The notes under the pieces were generated by a model. That model was not told the DNA's origin. It saw only the letters and a program-made list of their open reading frames with translations, and ran no database searches. Shown in pieces: positions 45,043 through 55,712 of a stretch of 64,000 bases of DNA. The position numbers and the translations under genes are program-made. Origin of the DNA: Acidimicrobiia bacterium. GTDB lineage: Bacteria > Actinomycetota > Acidimicrobiia > Acidimicrobiales > JANYDT01. Every line of letters begins with the position of its first letter. The first letter of the stretch is position 1. The DNA is taken from contig JAYSSR010000040.1 of assembly GCA_043720395.1 (NCBI GenBank), positions 45,639 through 109,638 on the forward strand, in the 5' to 3' direction.

Positions 45043-47667
45043 ATGAGCGACACGACCAAAACCACATCCGAGGCACCTACACCCGAGGCGCCGAAGAAGA
45101 CCACGCTGACCGTCACGATCGACGGCACGGCGATGGAGGCAAACCCCGGCGAGCTGCTCATCGCGGCCGCGGAGCGCACGGGCACCTACATCCCCCGCTT
45201 CTGCTGGCACCCTCGCATGCGCGAGGTCGGCATGTGCCGGATGTGCCTCGTCGAGGTCAGCGGCCCGCGCGGCATGTCATTGCAGCCCGCCTGCATGCAG
45301 CCGTGTGGCGAGGGAATGGTCGTCGACACGAAGTCGGACACAGTGAAAAAAGCGCAGGACGGCGTCCTGGAATTTCTTCTCATCAACCACCCGCTCGATT
45401 GCCCAGTCTGCGACAAGGGTGGCGAGTGTCCGCTCCAAGATCAGACGCTCACCTTCGGACCGGGCGAGTCGCGCTTCGTTGAAGAGAAGCGTCACTACGA
45501 GAAGCCTATTGCCATCAGCGATCTCGTGCTGCTCGACCGCGAGCGCTGCATTCTCTGTGACCGTTGTACTCGCTTTTCGAAGGAAGTGGCCGGCGACCCG
45601 CTCATCCATTTCGTCAACCGTGGCAACATGACTGAGGTCAACACGTTCCCCGACGACCCGTTTGCCAGCTACTTCAGCGGAAACGTCGTCCAGATCTGCC
45701 CCGTGGGAGCGCTTACCGCGAAGCCATATCGCTTTGCCGCCCGGCCGTGGGATCTGGACCAGGTCGAGTCCACGTGCACAACCTGCTCTGTCGGTTGCAA
45801 GACCGTGATCCAGTCGAGCGGCGATCGCATCACCCGGTATCAGGGTGTGGACTCCGACCCGGTGAACTGGGGATGGCTTTGCGACAAGGGACGTTTCGGC
45901 TTTGAGGCGGTCTCGTCGCCTGAACGCTTCACGAACCCGCTGATGCGCTCCTCGGCGGTCGCCGCGCTCGAACGGACCACCTGGGCCGAGGCGCTCGGTG
46001 TTTCGGCGGATCGTCTGCGCGCGTATCAACCGTCGGAGATCGGCGTCATCGGCGGCGCACGGCTTACGAACGAGGATCAGTACGCGTGGGCGAAGCTGGC
46101 CAAATCGGTTCTGCGTACGGACAACGTCGACGCTCAGCTCGGCGATGGACTTCCCGCCGAAGCGGTCCTTGGCCTGCCGGGTGCCACGATTGACGATGCG
46201 ATGAAGGCAACGGCCGTCGTGCTGCTGAGCGCCGATGTGAAAGAAGAACTGCCGGTCCTGTTCCTCCGGCTGCGCGATGCGGCCGCGAACCGTCACGTGC
46301 CGATGGTCGAACTGTCGCCGATTGCCACGGGGATCACCAAATATGCGGGGGTCTCGGTACGTTACCGACCGGGCGAAGTGGTCGGCGCAACCCACGCGTT
46401 GCTCGCTGCGTTCGGGGGCTCACCGGCAGAGCGTCAGATCGCTGGCGTTGAAGGCGAATCGCTGAATGCTGCGGCCGCGTTGCTGAGCAAGGCGATCGAG
46501 TCGGGCAAAGGAAACGGCAAAGTCGTCGTCGTGCTCGGGCCGACGGCCGATTCTGCGAGCGCCGTACTTGAGGCAGCCGCTGCCCTTCACGCGGCCGTGC
46601 CGAACGTTTCGTTCCTACCAACGCTTCGCCGCTCGAACGTGCGCGGCGCGCTCGACCTCGGCCTCACACCGGGGATGCTGCCCGGCCGAGTCACCCTGAC
46701 GGATGGCGCAGCCTGGTTCGCGTCGCATTGGTCGGCCATTCCGAGCGGTCGAGGGCTTGAGACGGTGGCAATGCTGGAGGCCGCAGCCGCCGGGACGCTG
46801 AAGGCGCTCGTTTTGCTCGGTGCCGATCTCGCCGACTGTCCGGATCATGGACTCGTGGAGCGAGCCCTCGCCAACGTGGAGTTCCTCCTCTGCGTCGACA
46901 CGCTTCCGAACACCACGAACCGACGCGCCGACGTTGTGCTCCCGGCCGCCGGTTATGCCGAAAAGGACGGCACGACCACGAACCTCGAAGGACGCGTCAC
47001 GCGGGTCGCGTCGAAGGTAAGTGCGCCAGGTGTGGCCCGCGCTGACTGGACGATCGCGGCCCTGCTTGCCATGGAGCTCGGTGCGGACCTTGGATTCGAG
47101 AGTGTCGCCGACGTGACCGCAGAGGTCGCCCGAGTCGCGCCCTCGCATGTCGGGCTCGTGGCAGCAGTACTCGATGCTCGGGCCAACACCGACGGCGTGT
47201 TGCTGCCGCTGGCGAGCGTTGCTCCGTCGGTGCCTGAGACCTCGGACTCCGAGGGGCCGGCTGGACCGGCCCTGCCCGCGCTGGTCACGTTCCGCGCCGC
47301 GTCGACGACTGCCGTAGTTCCGACGCCGGACTCCTATTCGATGCGCCTCGTCACGGTGCGTTCGCTGTACGACCAGGGCACGCTTGTTCAGGCGTGTGAG
47401 TCGCTTTCGCACCTCGCTCCAACGCCTGGCGTGCACCTGAACCCCGGTGAAATCGAGCGCCATGGGCTCCGAGCAGGGGGCTCGGTGAAAGTTCTTTCGC
47501 AGTCGGCAGATCTGACCGCAACCGTCATCTCCGACGATCGCGTCCCGCGCGGTGTCGCCGTACTGCCGCTCAACCTTGGTGGCGGGGCGGCAGGCGCGCT
47601 CGTCGATCTCTCGACGACTGCCAAAGAGGGCATCACCAAAGTTCGCCTGGAAACGGCGGGGAGCTGA
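45043..47667 (+). CDS. nuoG: NADH-quinone oxidoreductase subunit G (long form)
   Basis: CWHPRMREVGMCRMCLVEV, HPLDCPVCDKGGECPLQ, CILCDRCTRF; 874 aa. Confidence 0.9.
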   Translation: MSDTTKTTSEAPTPEAPKKTTLTVTIDGTAMEANPGELLIAAAERTGTYIPRFCWHPRMREVGMCRMCLVEVSGPRGMSLQPACMQPCGEGMVVDTKSDTVKKAQDGVLEFLLINHPLDCPVCDKGGECPLQDQTLTFGPGESRFVEEKRHYEKPIAISDLVLLDRERCILCDRCTRFSKEVAGDPLIHFVNRGNMTEVNTFPDDPFASYFSGNVVQICPVGALTAKPYRFAARPWDLDQVESTCTTCSVGCKTVIQSSGDRITRYQGVDSDPVNWGWLCDKGRFGFEAVSSPERFTNPLMRSSAVAALERTTWAEALGVSADRLRAYQPSEIGVIGGARLTNEDQYAWAKLAKSVLRTDNVDAQLGDGLPAEAVLGLPGATIDDAMKATAVVLLSADVKEELPVLFLRLRDAAANRHVPMVELSPIATGITKYAGVSVRYRPGEVVGATHALLAAFGGSPAERQIAGVEGESLNAAAALLSKAIESGKGNGKVVVVLGPTADSASAVLEAAAALHAAVPNVSFLPTLRRSNVRGALDLGLTPGMLPGRVTLTDGAAWFASHWSAIPSGRGLETVAMLEAAAAGTLKALVLLGADLADCPDHGLVERALANVEFLLCVDTLPNTTNRRADVVLPAAGYAEKDGTTTNLEGRVTRVASKVSAPGVARADWTIAALLAMELGADLGFESVADVTAEVARVAPSHVGLVAAVLDARANTDGVLLPLASVAPSVPETSDSEGPAGPALPALVTFRAASTTAVVPTPDSYSMRLVTVRSLYDQGTLVQACESLSHLAPTPGVHLNPGEIERHGLRAGGSVKVLSQSADLTATVISDDRVPRGVAVLPLNLGGGAAGALVDLSTTAKEGITKVRLETAGS

Positions 47668-48914
47668 TGGGTATGAACGCGCTGCTTTCGGTCGTTCGCC
47701 TTCAGGAGCAGGGAGACCCGCTTCTCACACCGGGAAACAGGCTGTGGATCGCGCCCTTTCTCATCGTGCTCGTCAAAGTGCTCGTTGCTTTCGTGATCTT
47801 GCTCGTCGGCGTGATGCTGATGGTCTGGTTCGAACGCAAGAAGATCTCGGACATGCAGAACCGAATCGGTCCGAACCGGGCAGGACCGTGGGGACTCCTG
47901 CAGACGCTTGCCGACGGAACGAAGCTCTTCTTCAAGGAAGACCTCTTTCCTGACCGGGCCGACAAGGTTGTGTTCCGGATCGCCCCCTATCTGAGCGCGG
48001 TTCCGGCCTTCCTCACGTTCTGTGTCATCCCGCTGGGTGGTCTTATCCACCCGTTCGGAGAGGCCAAATGGGCCACGTATCTCCAGGTCGCCAGCCCGCC
48101 AATGGGTGTGCTCTTCAGCCTTGCGATTTCGTCGATTGCCGTGTACGGAGTGATGCTCGCCGGTTGGTCTAGTGGTTCTAAATATCCGCTGCTCGGTTCC
48201 ATCCGAGCAAGCGCCCAGATGGTCTCGTACGAGGCCGCGATGGGACTCTCGCTGGCCGCAGTAGTGCTCGCCACGGGGACACTTTCCACCCAGGGGATTG
48301 TGAATGCGCAAGCCGGGTTCAGGTGGAACATCTTCTCGACCGGACTCATCCCTTTTGTGGTCTTCGCGATCGCTGGCACCGCTGAATTGAACCGTCCACC
48401 GTTTGACCTTGTCGAGGCGGAATCCGAACTGGTCGGTGGGTTCCATACCGAGTACTCCTCGGCGCGATTCGCATTCTTCTTCCTCGCCGAATTCATGAAC
48501 ACGATCACGATGTCGGCCTTGATCGTCACGCTCTTCCTCGGTGGCCCACGCATCCCGTGGGACATTCCGTTCTTCTCCGCCGTGTCGCCCGTGTGGTTCG
48601 CCATCAAGCTCTACCTCCTTCTCTACGGCTACGTGCTCCTTCGGGCGACGTTGCCGCGATATCGCTACGACCAGCTCATGGACCTCGGCTGGAAACGTCT
48701 CATACCCGTTTCCCTGCTCTGGCTGCTCGTCATTGCGGCTTTCCGTGCTGGCGAGGGCGCAGAGCGCGTGCGCAACGGTGCGCTCACGCTCGCCGGGGCC
48801 GGGTTGGCGGCGGGTCTACTGTTTGCGGCCATGCGCGTCGGCCGTCAAAGTTCGGAGATCGAACGGGCCAACGCACCCAAACCGACCGGACGCGGCGCGG
48901 AAGGTCGGTTCTAA
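47667..48914 (+). CDS. nuoH: NADH-quinone oxidoreductase subunit H
   Basis: ERKKISDMQNRIGPNRAGPWGLLQTLADG, NRPPFDLVEAESELVGGFHTEYS. Confidence 0.9.
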   Translation: MGMNALLSVVRLQEQGDPLLTPGNRLWIAPFLIVLVKVLVAFVILLVGVMLMVWFERKKISDMQNRIGPNRAGPWGLLQTLADGTKLFFKEDLFPDRADKVVFRIAPYLSAVPAFLTFCVIPLGGLIHPFGEAKWATYLQVASPPMGVLFSLAISSIAVYGVMLAGWSSGSKYPLLGSIRASAQMVSYEAAMGLSLAAVVLATGTLSTQGIVNAQAGFRWNIFSTGLIPFVVFAIAGTAELNRPPFDLVEAESELVGGFHTEYSSARFAFFFLAEFMNTITMSALIVTLFLGGPRIPWDIPFFSAVSPVWFAIKLYLLLYGYVLLRATLPRYRYDQLMDLGWKRLIPVSLLWLLVIAAFRAGEGAERVRNGALTLAGAGLAAGLLFAAMRVGRQSSEIERANAPKPTGRGAEGRF

Positions 48915-48968
48915 GATGATCATTTCGAGTCGAGTGCAGCGAGTCCGTTGCCCCCAGCGGGAGCTGTG

Positions 48969-49655
48969 ATGGGGTATCTCGACGGCTTCCGAATCCCGCT
49001 GCAGGAGGCGTTCCGCAAGGACGTCCGGACCGAGGCATACCCCGACACGATCCGCCCGAAGCCGGAGCGCTTCCACGGACGTCACGTGCTGAATCGCTAC
49101 GAAGACGGCATGGAGAAATGCATCGGCTGCGAGCTCTGCGCGGGGGTCTGTCCAGCGAAGTGCATCTACGTTCGCGGTGCGGACAACGATCCGGAAAACC
49201 CGACGTCACCGGGCGAGCGATTCGGTTTCGTGTACGAGATCAACTATCTCCGCTGTATCCACTGCGACCTCTGTGTCGAGGCGTGCCCGACCGAGGCAAT
49301 CACCGAGTCGAAGATCTTCGAGTTCGCGTTCACCAACCGTCGTGACGCGATCTATACGAAGGCCGAGCTTGTCGTCGGTGATGACGGCCTCCCACAGGTG
49401 CAGCCGTGGGAAGACGACCGCGGTGCGACGATGGGATTGAGCGGTTGGATGCGCGCAACCGCACCCGGCGGCGACGCCGACTTCCGTGGTGAAGAGCTGT
49501 GGTCGGGTGATCTGGTCGCCGGTGTCCGTGCCGCTGAAGCAGGCCCACAGGTCGAGGCCGACGAGCGCGCCGCCCGCCTTCACGTAGCCGAGTCAACCGA
49601 CGCTTCTGGGCACGATGGCCAGAGCAATGGTCACGGTCACGGAGGTCATCACTGA
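48969..49655 (+). CDS. nuoI: NADH-quinone oxidoreductase subunit I (with a His/Gly-rich C-terminal tail)
   Basis: CIGCELCAGVCP and CIHCDLCVEACP. The tail ends ...GHDGQSNGHGHGGHH. Confidence 0.9.
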   Translation: MGYLDGFRIPLQEAFRKDVRTEAYPDTIRPKPERFHGRHVLNRYEDGMEKCIGCELCAGVCPAKCIYVRGADNDPENPTSPGERFGFVYEINYLRCIHCDLCVEACPTEAITESKIFEFAFTNRRDAIYTKAELVVGDDGLPQVQPWEDDRGATMGLSGWMRATAPGGDADFRGEELWSGDLVAGVRAAEAGPQVEADERAARLHVAESTDASGHDGQSNGHGHGGHH

Positions 49656-50209
49656 TGGTCGTCGACACCATCGTCTTCGCCGCGGGCGCGGTGCTCGCAA
49701 TTGCCGGGGCGCTCGGGGTCATTGCCGTTCGCAATCCGGTCCATTCCGCGCTCCTGCTCGTGCTCACCCTCTTCGGCGTCGCAATCCTGTTCGTCGCCCA
49801 GCAGGCCCACTTCCTCGCGGCCGTGCAGGTCATCGTGTACGCAGGCGCGATCGTCGTGCTGTTCCTCTTCGTCATCATGCTCCTGGGCGTCGACCGAACA
49901 ACCGATGATGCTCGCAAGGAGACGTTGCGCGGGCAGCGTCCCGCAGCATTCGCCTTGGGCGCGATTGCGCTGGCCGAGCTCATCCTGCTGACCCGGGTGC
50001 ACACGATCGTTGGCCGACCCTCGCTCTCCGGTGCCGCGAACGGACCCGGCACCAACGTCGAAAAGGTCGGCAAGGCCTTGTTTACTCAGTACCTATTTGC
50101 CTTCGAGATCACGTCGGTTTTGTTGGTGATCGCCGTGGTCGGCGCAGTGCTGCTGTCCAGGAAGCCGGAACCGCTCCCCGTTGAATCGGCAACGGGAGGT
50201 CGGCAGTGA
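49655..50209 (+). CDS. nuoJ: NADH-quinone oxidoreductase subunit J
   Basis: Position in the operon, and a hydrophobic 184-aa product with [22 protein letters not shown]. Confidence 0.85.
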   Translation: MVVDTIVFAAGAVLAIAGALGVIAVRNPVHSALLLVLTLFGVAILFVAQQAHFLAAVQVIVYAGAIVVLFLFVIMLLGVDRTTDDARKETLRGQRPAAFALGAIALAELILLTRVHTIVGRPSLSGAANGPGTNVEKVGKALFTQYLFAFEITSVLLVIAVVGAVLLSRKPEPLPVESATGGRQ

Positions 50210-50535
50210 TTACCGCGGTTGCGGAACCGGGAGTAGCAGGCGGTGCCTATCTCGCAGTGGCTGCAGTGCTCTTCACGATTGGTGCTGTGGGGCTGTTGAT
50301 CCGCCGCAACGTCCTTGTCATGTTCATGTGTGTGGAGCTGATGCTCAACGCGGTGAACCTCACGTTCGTCACGTTCAGCCGCATGCTGAACGACATCGGC
50401 GGCCAGGTAGCCGTGTTCTTCTCGATGGTGGTCGCAGCGGCCGAAGTAGTCGTCGGCCTCGGCATCATCGTGTCCATCTTCCGGCGCAAGAAGGTCGGCG
50501 CCACCGCCGACAGCGCGAACCTCCTGCGCGGGTGA
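50206..50535 (+). CDS. nuoK: NADH-quinone oxidoreductase subunit K
   Basis: 109 aa with [14 protein letters not shown] and [13 protein letters not shown]. Confidence 0.85.
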   Translation: MITAVAEPGVAGGAYLAVAAVLFTIGAVGLLIRRNVLVMFMCVELMLNAVNLTFVTFSRMLNDIGGQVAVFFSMVVAAAEVVVGLGIIVSIFRRKKVGATADSANLLRG

Positions 50536-50540
50536 CCTGA

Positions 50541-52502
50541 ATGCTTCAGTACGTCTGGCTCATCCCCGCGCTTCCGCTCGCTGGATTCGTTCTCCTCTTG
50601 TTCGGCGGCAAGCGGATCGGCGAACCGTACGCCGGGTACATCGCCGCCTCCGCGGTCGGCGCGTCCTTCCTCGTGGCGCTCGGCGTGTTCCTCGACCTGG
50701 TCTCGAAGAGTGAGTCCGAGCGGGCATACACAAAGGTGCTGTGGTCGTGGATGCCGTCGCTCGGCGTCAATGCCGCGCTGCTCGTGAATCCACTTTCGAT
50801 CACGATGGTTCTCTTCGTCACGGGCATCGCAACGCTGATTCATGTGTTTGCGATCGGCTACATGCACGGCGACCCCCTGTTTCCGCGGTTCTTCACCTAC
50901 CTGAACCTCTTTGTGTTCTCGATGCTGATGCTCGTGCTGGGCGACAACTTCGTGGTGATGTTTCTCGGCTGGGAGGGCGTTGGCGCTTGCTCGTACCTGC
51001 TCATCTCGTTCTGGTTCGAGCAGGATTCGGCGGCGTCGGCCGGCAAGAAGGCATTTGTCACGAACCGCATCGGCGACTTCGGTCTCATGGGTGCGATGTT
51101 CCTGATCTTCCAGCACACAGGCTCGCTGGAGTATCACGCCGTGTTCCGTCATATCGAGGAGCAAGGCATCTCGCAGGGCACGGCTACCTGGATCTGCCTT
51201 GCGTTGTTCCTCGGGGCTTGTGGCAAGTCGGCCCAGTTGCCGCTGTATGTGTGGCTTCCCGACGCCATGGAAGGTCCGACCCCTGTGTCGGCCCTGATCC
51301 ACGCGGCGACCATGGTGACTGCGGGCGTGTACCTGATGGTGCGCGTCCATCCGTTCCTCGAAGCGGCCGACCCGAACGTCTCGACGCTGATCGCGTGGGT
51401 CGGTGTGCTGACTGCGTTGTTCGCGGCGACGATTGCCACCGCGCAGGACGACATCAAACGTGTGCTCGCCTATTCCACGATCAGCCAGCTCGGCTATATG
51501 TTCCTAGCTGTCGGTGTCGGCGCGAACGTTGCCGCGATCTTTCACATGGTCACGCACGCGTTCTTCAAGGCGCTGATGTTCCTTGGTGCAGGCTCGGTCA
51601 TCCACGGCATGCATCACGAGCAGGACATGAAGCGGATGGGCAACCTTCGCAAATGGATGCCGGTCACCGCGGGGACGTTCCTGATCGGCTGGCTCGCCAT
51701 TGCCGGCGTGCCCCCGTTCGCTGGTTTCTGGTCGAAGGATGACATCCTTCTCGGTGCCTACAACGAGAACAAGGTGCTCTGGTTCCTGGGGCTCGTGACC
51801 GCACTCCTCACGGCGTACTACATGACCAGGCAGATCCGGCTCGTGTTCTTCGGGAACGAGCGGTTCGTTCACTCCACCAACGCGGGATTCGCACCGGCTC
51901 ATGATGAGCACGACGACCACGCGCACGGTCCAATTACCCCACGCGAGTCGCCGGTGTTCATGGTGCTGCCACTCGTGGTGCTGGCCGCACTCTCACTCGG
52001 TGGCGGGCTCATCAACCTGCCGTTCTCCAAGTCCACCGAGTTCCTGGCGAAATGGCTCGAATCCGCTCACATTCCGGGCACCGAAGTCGCTGCCTTTGTC
52101 GGCCACCAGACCCACGTTTCGGGTGGCACGAAGCTCATCCTCGCGGCCATTGCCGTTGCCTGTGGTCTCGTAGGAATCGCGTTCGGCTGGACGAAGTGGG
52201 GGAACGCCGACCCCGCCCGGAGCGCGTCTCTGGAACTACCAGTGCTCAAGCGTGCCTACGGGGTCGACGCGATCTACTCGAAGTTGATCGTGGCGCCAGG
52301 TCAGGCGCTGTCGAACCTTCTCGCCTTCACGGTCGACAGGAAAGGCATCGACGGCGTGGTGAACGGCGTTGGAACCGGCGTTCGCGGCATCGGCGGTCAA
52401 CTTCGGAAGCTTCAAACGGGCTACGTGCGCAACTACGCGCTCGGGTTGCTTGGTGGCCTTGTCGCTTTGCTTGCGTGGGCCTTCTACCGGGGCGGGATGT
52501 GA
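50541..52502 (+). CDS. nuoL: NADH-quinone oxidoreductase subunit L
   Basis: 653 aa, antiporter-like: GWEGVGACSYLLISFW, GKSAQLPLYVWLPDAMEGPTPVSALIHAATMVTAGVY. Confidence 0.9.
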   Translation: MLQYVWLIPALPLAGFVLLLFGGKRIGEPYAGYIAASAVGASFLVALGVFLDLVSKSESERAYTKVLWSWMPSLGVNAALLVNPLSITMVLFVTGIATLIHVFAIGYMHGDPLFPRFFTYLNLFVFSMLMLVLGDNFVVMFLGWEGVGACSYLLISFWFEQDSAASAGKKAFVTNRIGDFGLMGAMFLIFQHTGSLEYHAVFRHIEEQGISQGTATWICLALFLGACGKSAQLPLYVWLPDAMEGPTPVSALIHAATMVTAGVYLMVRVHPFLEAADPNVSTLIAWVGVLTALFAATIATAQDDIKRVLAYSTISQLGYMFLAVGVGANVAAIFHMVTHAFFKALMFLGAGSVIHGMHHEQDMKRMGNLRKWMPVTAGTFLIGWLAIAGVPPFAGFWSKDDILLGAYNENKVLWFLGLVTALLTAYYMTRQIRLVFFGNERFVHSTNAGFAPAHDEHDDHAHGPITPRESPVFMVLPLVVLAALSLGGGLINLPFSKSTEFLAKWLESAHIPGTEVAAFVGHQTHVSGGTKLILAAIAVACGLVGIAFGWTKWGNADPARSASLELPVLKRAYGVDAIYSKLIVAPGQALSNLLAFTVDRKGIDGVVNGVGTGVRGIGGQLRKLQTGYVRNYALGLLGGLVALLAWAFYRGGM

Positions 52503-54145
52503 CCGTGCAGTCGTTGTTGTTCGCCGCGGAAACTCATTCCGCGCACGTGTCGTTCCCATTGCTAAGCGCGCTGATCATTGTGCCGCTCGTCGGCGCGCTG
52601 CTCACCTCGCTCATCCCGAAGACGCGGAGCGAACTCGTTCCGATCGTCGCCATCGGATCTTCGGCGATCACGCTCGCCCTCTCGGTCTGGCTGATGACCA
52701 ACTTCGACAAGTCCGACGCTGGCTACCAGTTCGCGTCGAAGCACGAATGGATCCGCCAGTTCGGCATGTCGTGGAACCTCGGTGTGGACGGCATCTCGCT
52801 TTGGCTCGTTGTGCTTACGGGTTTGCTGTTCCCTATCGCCATGATCGGACCTGACGAGCGAAAGAACGTCAAGTCATACATGGCCTGGCTATTGCTCCTC
52901 GAAGCCGGGGTCATGGGCGTATTTCTCAGCCTCGACTTGCTGCTGTTCTTTGTGTTCTTCGAGGTTGTGCTCGTGCCGATGTACCTCTTGATCGGCGGCT
53001 GGGGCCACGGCAACAAGACCTACGCAGCCACGAAGTTCTTCATCTACACGATGTTCGGTTCCGCGTTGCTGCTCGTCGCCACGATCACGTTGGCCTTCCT
53101 CGCGAAGGGCAAACTCGGTGTTCTGACCTTCGACGTACGTGAACTCGCCAACGCTGGGCTCGGTATCAACACCTCACGCTGGTTGTTCCTTGCGTTCGCC
53201 CTCGCGTTCGCGATCAAGGTACCGCTGTTCCCGCTTCATACCTGGCTGCCCGACGCGCACACCGAGGCGCCGACCGCTGGCTCCGTCATCCTTGCGGGCG
53301 TCATGTTGAAGATGGGCACCTACGGGCTCATCAGGTTCGGGCTGTTCCTGTTCCCGGAGGCGAGCGATTGGTTCGGTCCTGTGATGCTCACACTCGGCGT
53401 GATCGGGATCATCTACGGTGCCCTCACAGCCGTTGTGCAGAAGGACCTCAAACGTCTCGTCGCGTATTCGTCGGTAGCGCACCTTGGCTTCATCGTGATC
53501 GGTACGTACTCGCTGACCAATCAGGGCATCAGCGGCAGCGTCCTCCAGATGATCAACCACGGCCTTTCGACCGGAGCGTTGTTCCTACTCGTCGGCTGGA
53601 TCTACGAGCGGTGCCACACCCGGGAGATCTCTCAGCTGAAGGGTCTCCAGAAGCTCGCTCCGGTGCTCGCCGGCGCGTTCACGATCGTCATGCTCTCCTC
53701 GATCGGTGTGCCGGGGCTCAACGGTTTCGTGGGTGAGTTCATGATCCTGGTCGGCACGTTCCTCACGGCACGCTGGTGGGCGGTCGTTGCAGCTACGGGG
53801 GTCATCCTCGCCGCGTTGTACCTACTGTGGGCGTATCAACGGACGTTTCATGGCGAGCCGGATGAGGAGAACCGGGCGCATATGCACGATCTCAACCTCC
53901 GCGAACGCCTCGCGATTGCACCGCTCCTCGTGTTGATCGTGTTCATTGGCGTGTATCCGAAACCATTCCTCGATCGTATTGATCCGTCGGTGAAGGCTCT
54001 GATCGCTCACATCGAGGAGAAAACCGGTAAACGCGAGCCTGGTGTTGCGAAGAATCAGGGTGCCGTTGCGGCGTCAAATGAGTCACCAAGTGAGCCAGCA
54101 GACGAGTCATCCGATGATTCATCTCATGGGGAGGAGGCGAAGTGA
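52499..54145 (+). CDS. nuoM: NADH-quinone oxidoreductase subunit M
   Basis: KVPLFPLHTWLPDAHTEAPTAGSVILAGVMLKMGTYG. The GTG start overlaps the nuoL stop. Acidic Ser-rich C-terminal tail. Confidence 0.9.
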   Translation: MTVQSLLFAAETHSAHVSFPLLSALIIVPLVGALLTSLIPKTRSELVPIVAIGSSAITLALSVWLMTNFDKSDAGYQFASKHEWIRQFGMSWNLGVDGISLWLVVLTGLLFPIAMIGPDERKNVKSYMAWLLLLEAGVMGVFLSLDLLLFFVFFEVVLVPMYLLIGGWGHGNKTYAATKFFIYTMFGSALLLVATITLAFLAKGKLGVLTFDVRELANAGLGINTSRWLFLAFALAFAIKVPLFPLHTWLPDAHTEAPTAGSVILAGVMLKMGTYGLIRFGLFLFPEASDWFGPVMLTLGVIGIIYGALTAVVQKDLKRLVAYSSVAHLGFIVIGTYSLTNQGISGSVLQMINHGLSTGALFLLVGWIYERCHTREISQLKGLQKLAPVLAGAFTIVMLSSIGVPGLNGFVGEFMILVGTFLTARWWAVVAATGVILAALYLLWAYQRTFHGEPDEENRAHMHDLNLRERLAIAPLLVLIVFIGVYPKPFLDRIDPSVKALIAHIEEKTGKREPGVAKNQGAVAASNESPSEPADESSDDSSHGEEAK

Positions 54146-55710
54146 GTCTGCTGGCCCGAGTTCTTGGGCAGACCACCGATACGGTCGCCGACGTCGCCGC
54201 CGATGCGGCCGACGGCATCGGCACGATCGTCATGCCGGCCATCCAATGGCGTGCGCTCGCCCCGATCAACGTGATGATCGGCGGCGCGCTTGTGTTGCTC
54301 GTCCTGGCGTCACTCGCACGTCACACGAAGTGGATCGGCCATGTGTATGTGTGGGCCACGTGTGCGATCGCCGGGGCGGCTGGCATCTTCGCTCTCGACT
54401 ACGGATCAACGGCCCGCGACGTCACGAAGCCTGCAAGCGCGGTCTCCGATGCCCTGCGAATCGATGGTTTCGCAACCTTTGTCACCGTTCTCATCTGCGT
54501 GTCCGTCATCCTTGCCACGCTGATCGCGGATGGGTTTCTGAAGCGGGAGGGTCTTCATGGCCCGGAAGTCTTCGTACTGACGCTGCTTTCCGCGTCGGGT
54601 GGCATCGTGATGGCGTCGGCCAACGACCTCATCGTGATGTTCCTGGGGCTCGAAATTCTTTCAATCGCCCTGTATGTACTGGCAGGATCGCACCTCCGGC
54701 GTCAGGAATCACAGGAAGCGGCGCTGAAATACTTCGTGCTGGGTGGCTTCTCCTCGGCGGTCTTCCTGTACGGAAGCGCCCTCATCTACGGAGCGACCGG
54801 GTCCACGAACTTCACCGCTATTGCCACCTACCTCGGCGAGAACGTCTTCTTCCAAAACGGATTGCTGGTTACGGGCATCGTGCTGCTGCTCGTCGGTCTG
54901 GGCTTCAAGATCGCCGCGGTGCCGTTCCACATGTGGACACCCGACGTCTACCAAGGATCGCCGTCGCCGGTCACCGGCTTCATGGCGGCGGCGGCCAAGG
55001 CAGCTGGCTTCGCCGGACTGTTGCGAGTGCTGTTCACCGCGCTCGATTCCCGTCGGCTTGATTGGCAGCCGGTCGTCTGGGTACTCGCGATCATCACGAT
55101 GATCGTCGGCGCGATCCTGGCGGCTACCCAGACCGACGTGAAACGGATCATGGCGTACAGCTCGATCAGCCACGCGGGCTTCATCCTCATCGGGCTGCAG
55201 GCGGCCAACGCTGCGGGCCGCTCCGGCGCGCTGTTCTACCTGTTCGCGTACACCTTCATCGTGCTGGGCAGCTTCGCCGTGATCTCGGTCGTTGGCGGCC
55301 GCGGTGACCGGGCACATTCTCTGGACGACTACAAGGGCCTCGGCAAGCGTGCACCCGTGCTCGCGGTGTTGTTCACGCTGTTCCTGCTCGCACAGGCCGG
55401 CATCCCGACCACGAGCGGTTTCATTGCAAAGTTCGGAGTGATCCGTGCTGCGGCTGATGCGCATTCGTACGCGATTGCGATCATCGCGATGTTCGTCTCG
55501 GTCATCGGCGCGTTCGCGTACCTGCGGGTGGTCGTGGCGATGTTCATGTCGGACTCGGATACCGACTCGGACACGGCCTCTGATGCCGGTGCACTTACGG
55601 TCCCGATCGGCACAAAGGTCGCGCTTGCCGTCGCCGTTGCCGCGACGCTGTTCTTCGGCATCGCTCCGCAGCTCCTCGTGAACTTCGCCGACAAGGCCCT
55701 CCTCCGGTAG
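54142..55710 (+). CDS. nuoN: NADH-quinone oxidoreductase subunit N
   Basis: GFKIAAVPFHMWTPDVYQGSPSPVTGFMAAAAK. Confidence 0.9.
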   Translation: MSLLARVLGQTTDTVADVAADAADGIGTIVMPAIQWRALAPINVMIGGALVLLVLASLARHTKWIGHVYVWATCAIAGAAGIFALDYGSTARDVTKPASAVSDALRIDGFATFVTVLICVSVILATLIADGFLKREGLHGPEVFVLTLLSASGGIVMASANDLIVMFLGLEILSIALYVLAGSHLRRQESQEAALKYFVLGGFSSAVFLYGSALIYGATGSTNFTAIATYLGENVFFQNGLLVTGIVLLLVGLGFKIAAVPFHMWTPDVYQGSPSPVTGFMAAAAKAAGFAGLLRVLFTALDSRRLDWQPVVWVLAIITMIVGAILAATQTDVKRIMAYSSISHAGFILIGLQAANAAGRSGALFYLFAYTFIVLGSFAVISVVGGRGDRAHSLDDYKGLGKRAPVLAVLFTLFLLAQAGIPTTSGFIAKFGVIRAAADAHSYAIAIIAMFVSVIGAFAYLRVVVAMFMSDSDTDSDTASDAGALTVPIGTKVALAVAVAATLFFGIAPQLLVNFADKALLR

Positions 55711-55712
55711 GT

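Noticed and set aside
52052-52498. Upstream 149 codons of the nuoM ORF.
   Set aside because: They overlap the nuoL 3' end out of frame and are Arg-rich. The hydrophobic NuoM sequence starts at the GTG that overlaps the nuoL stop.
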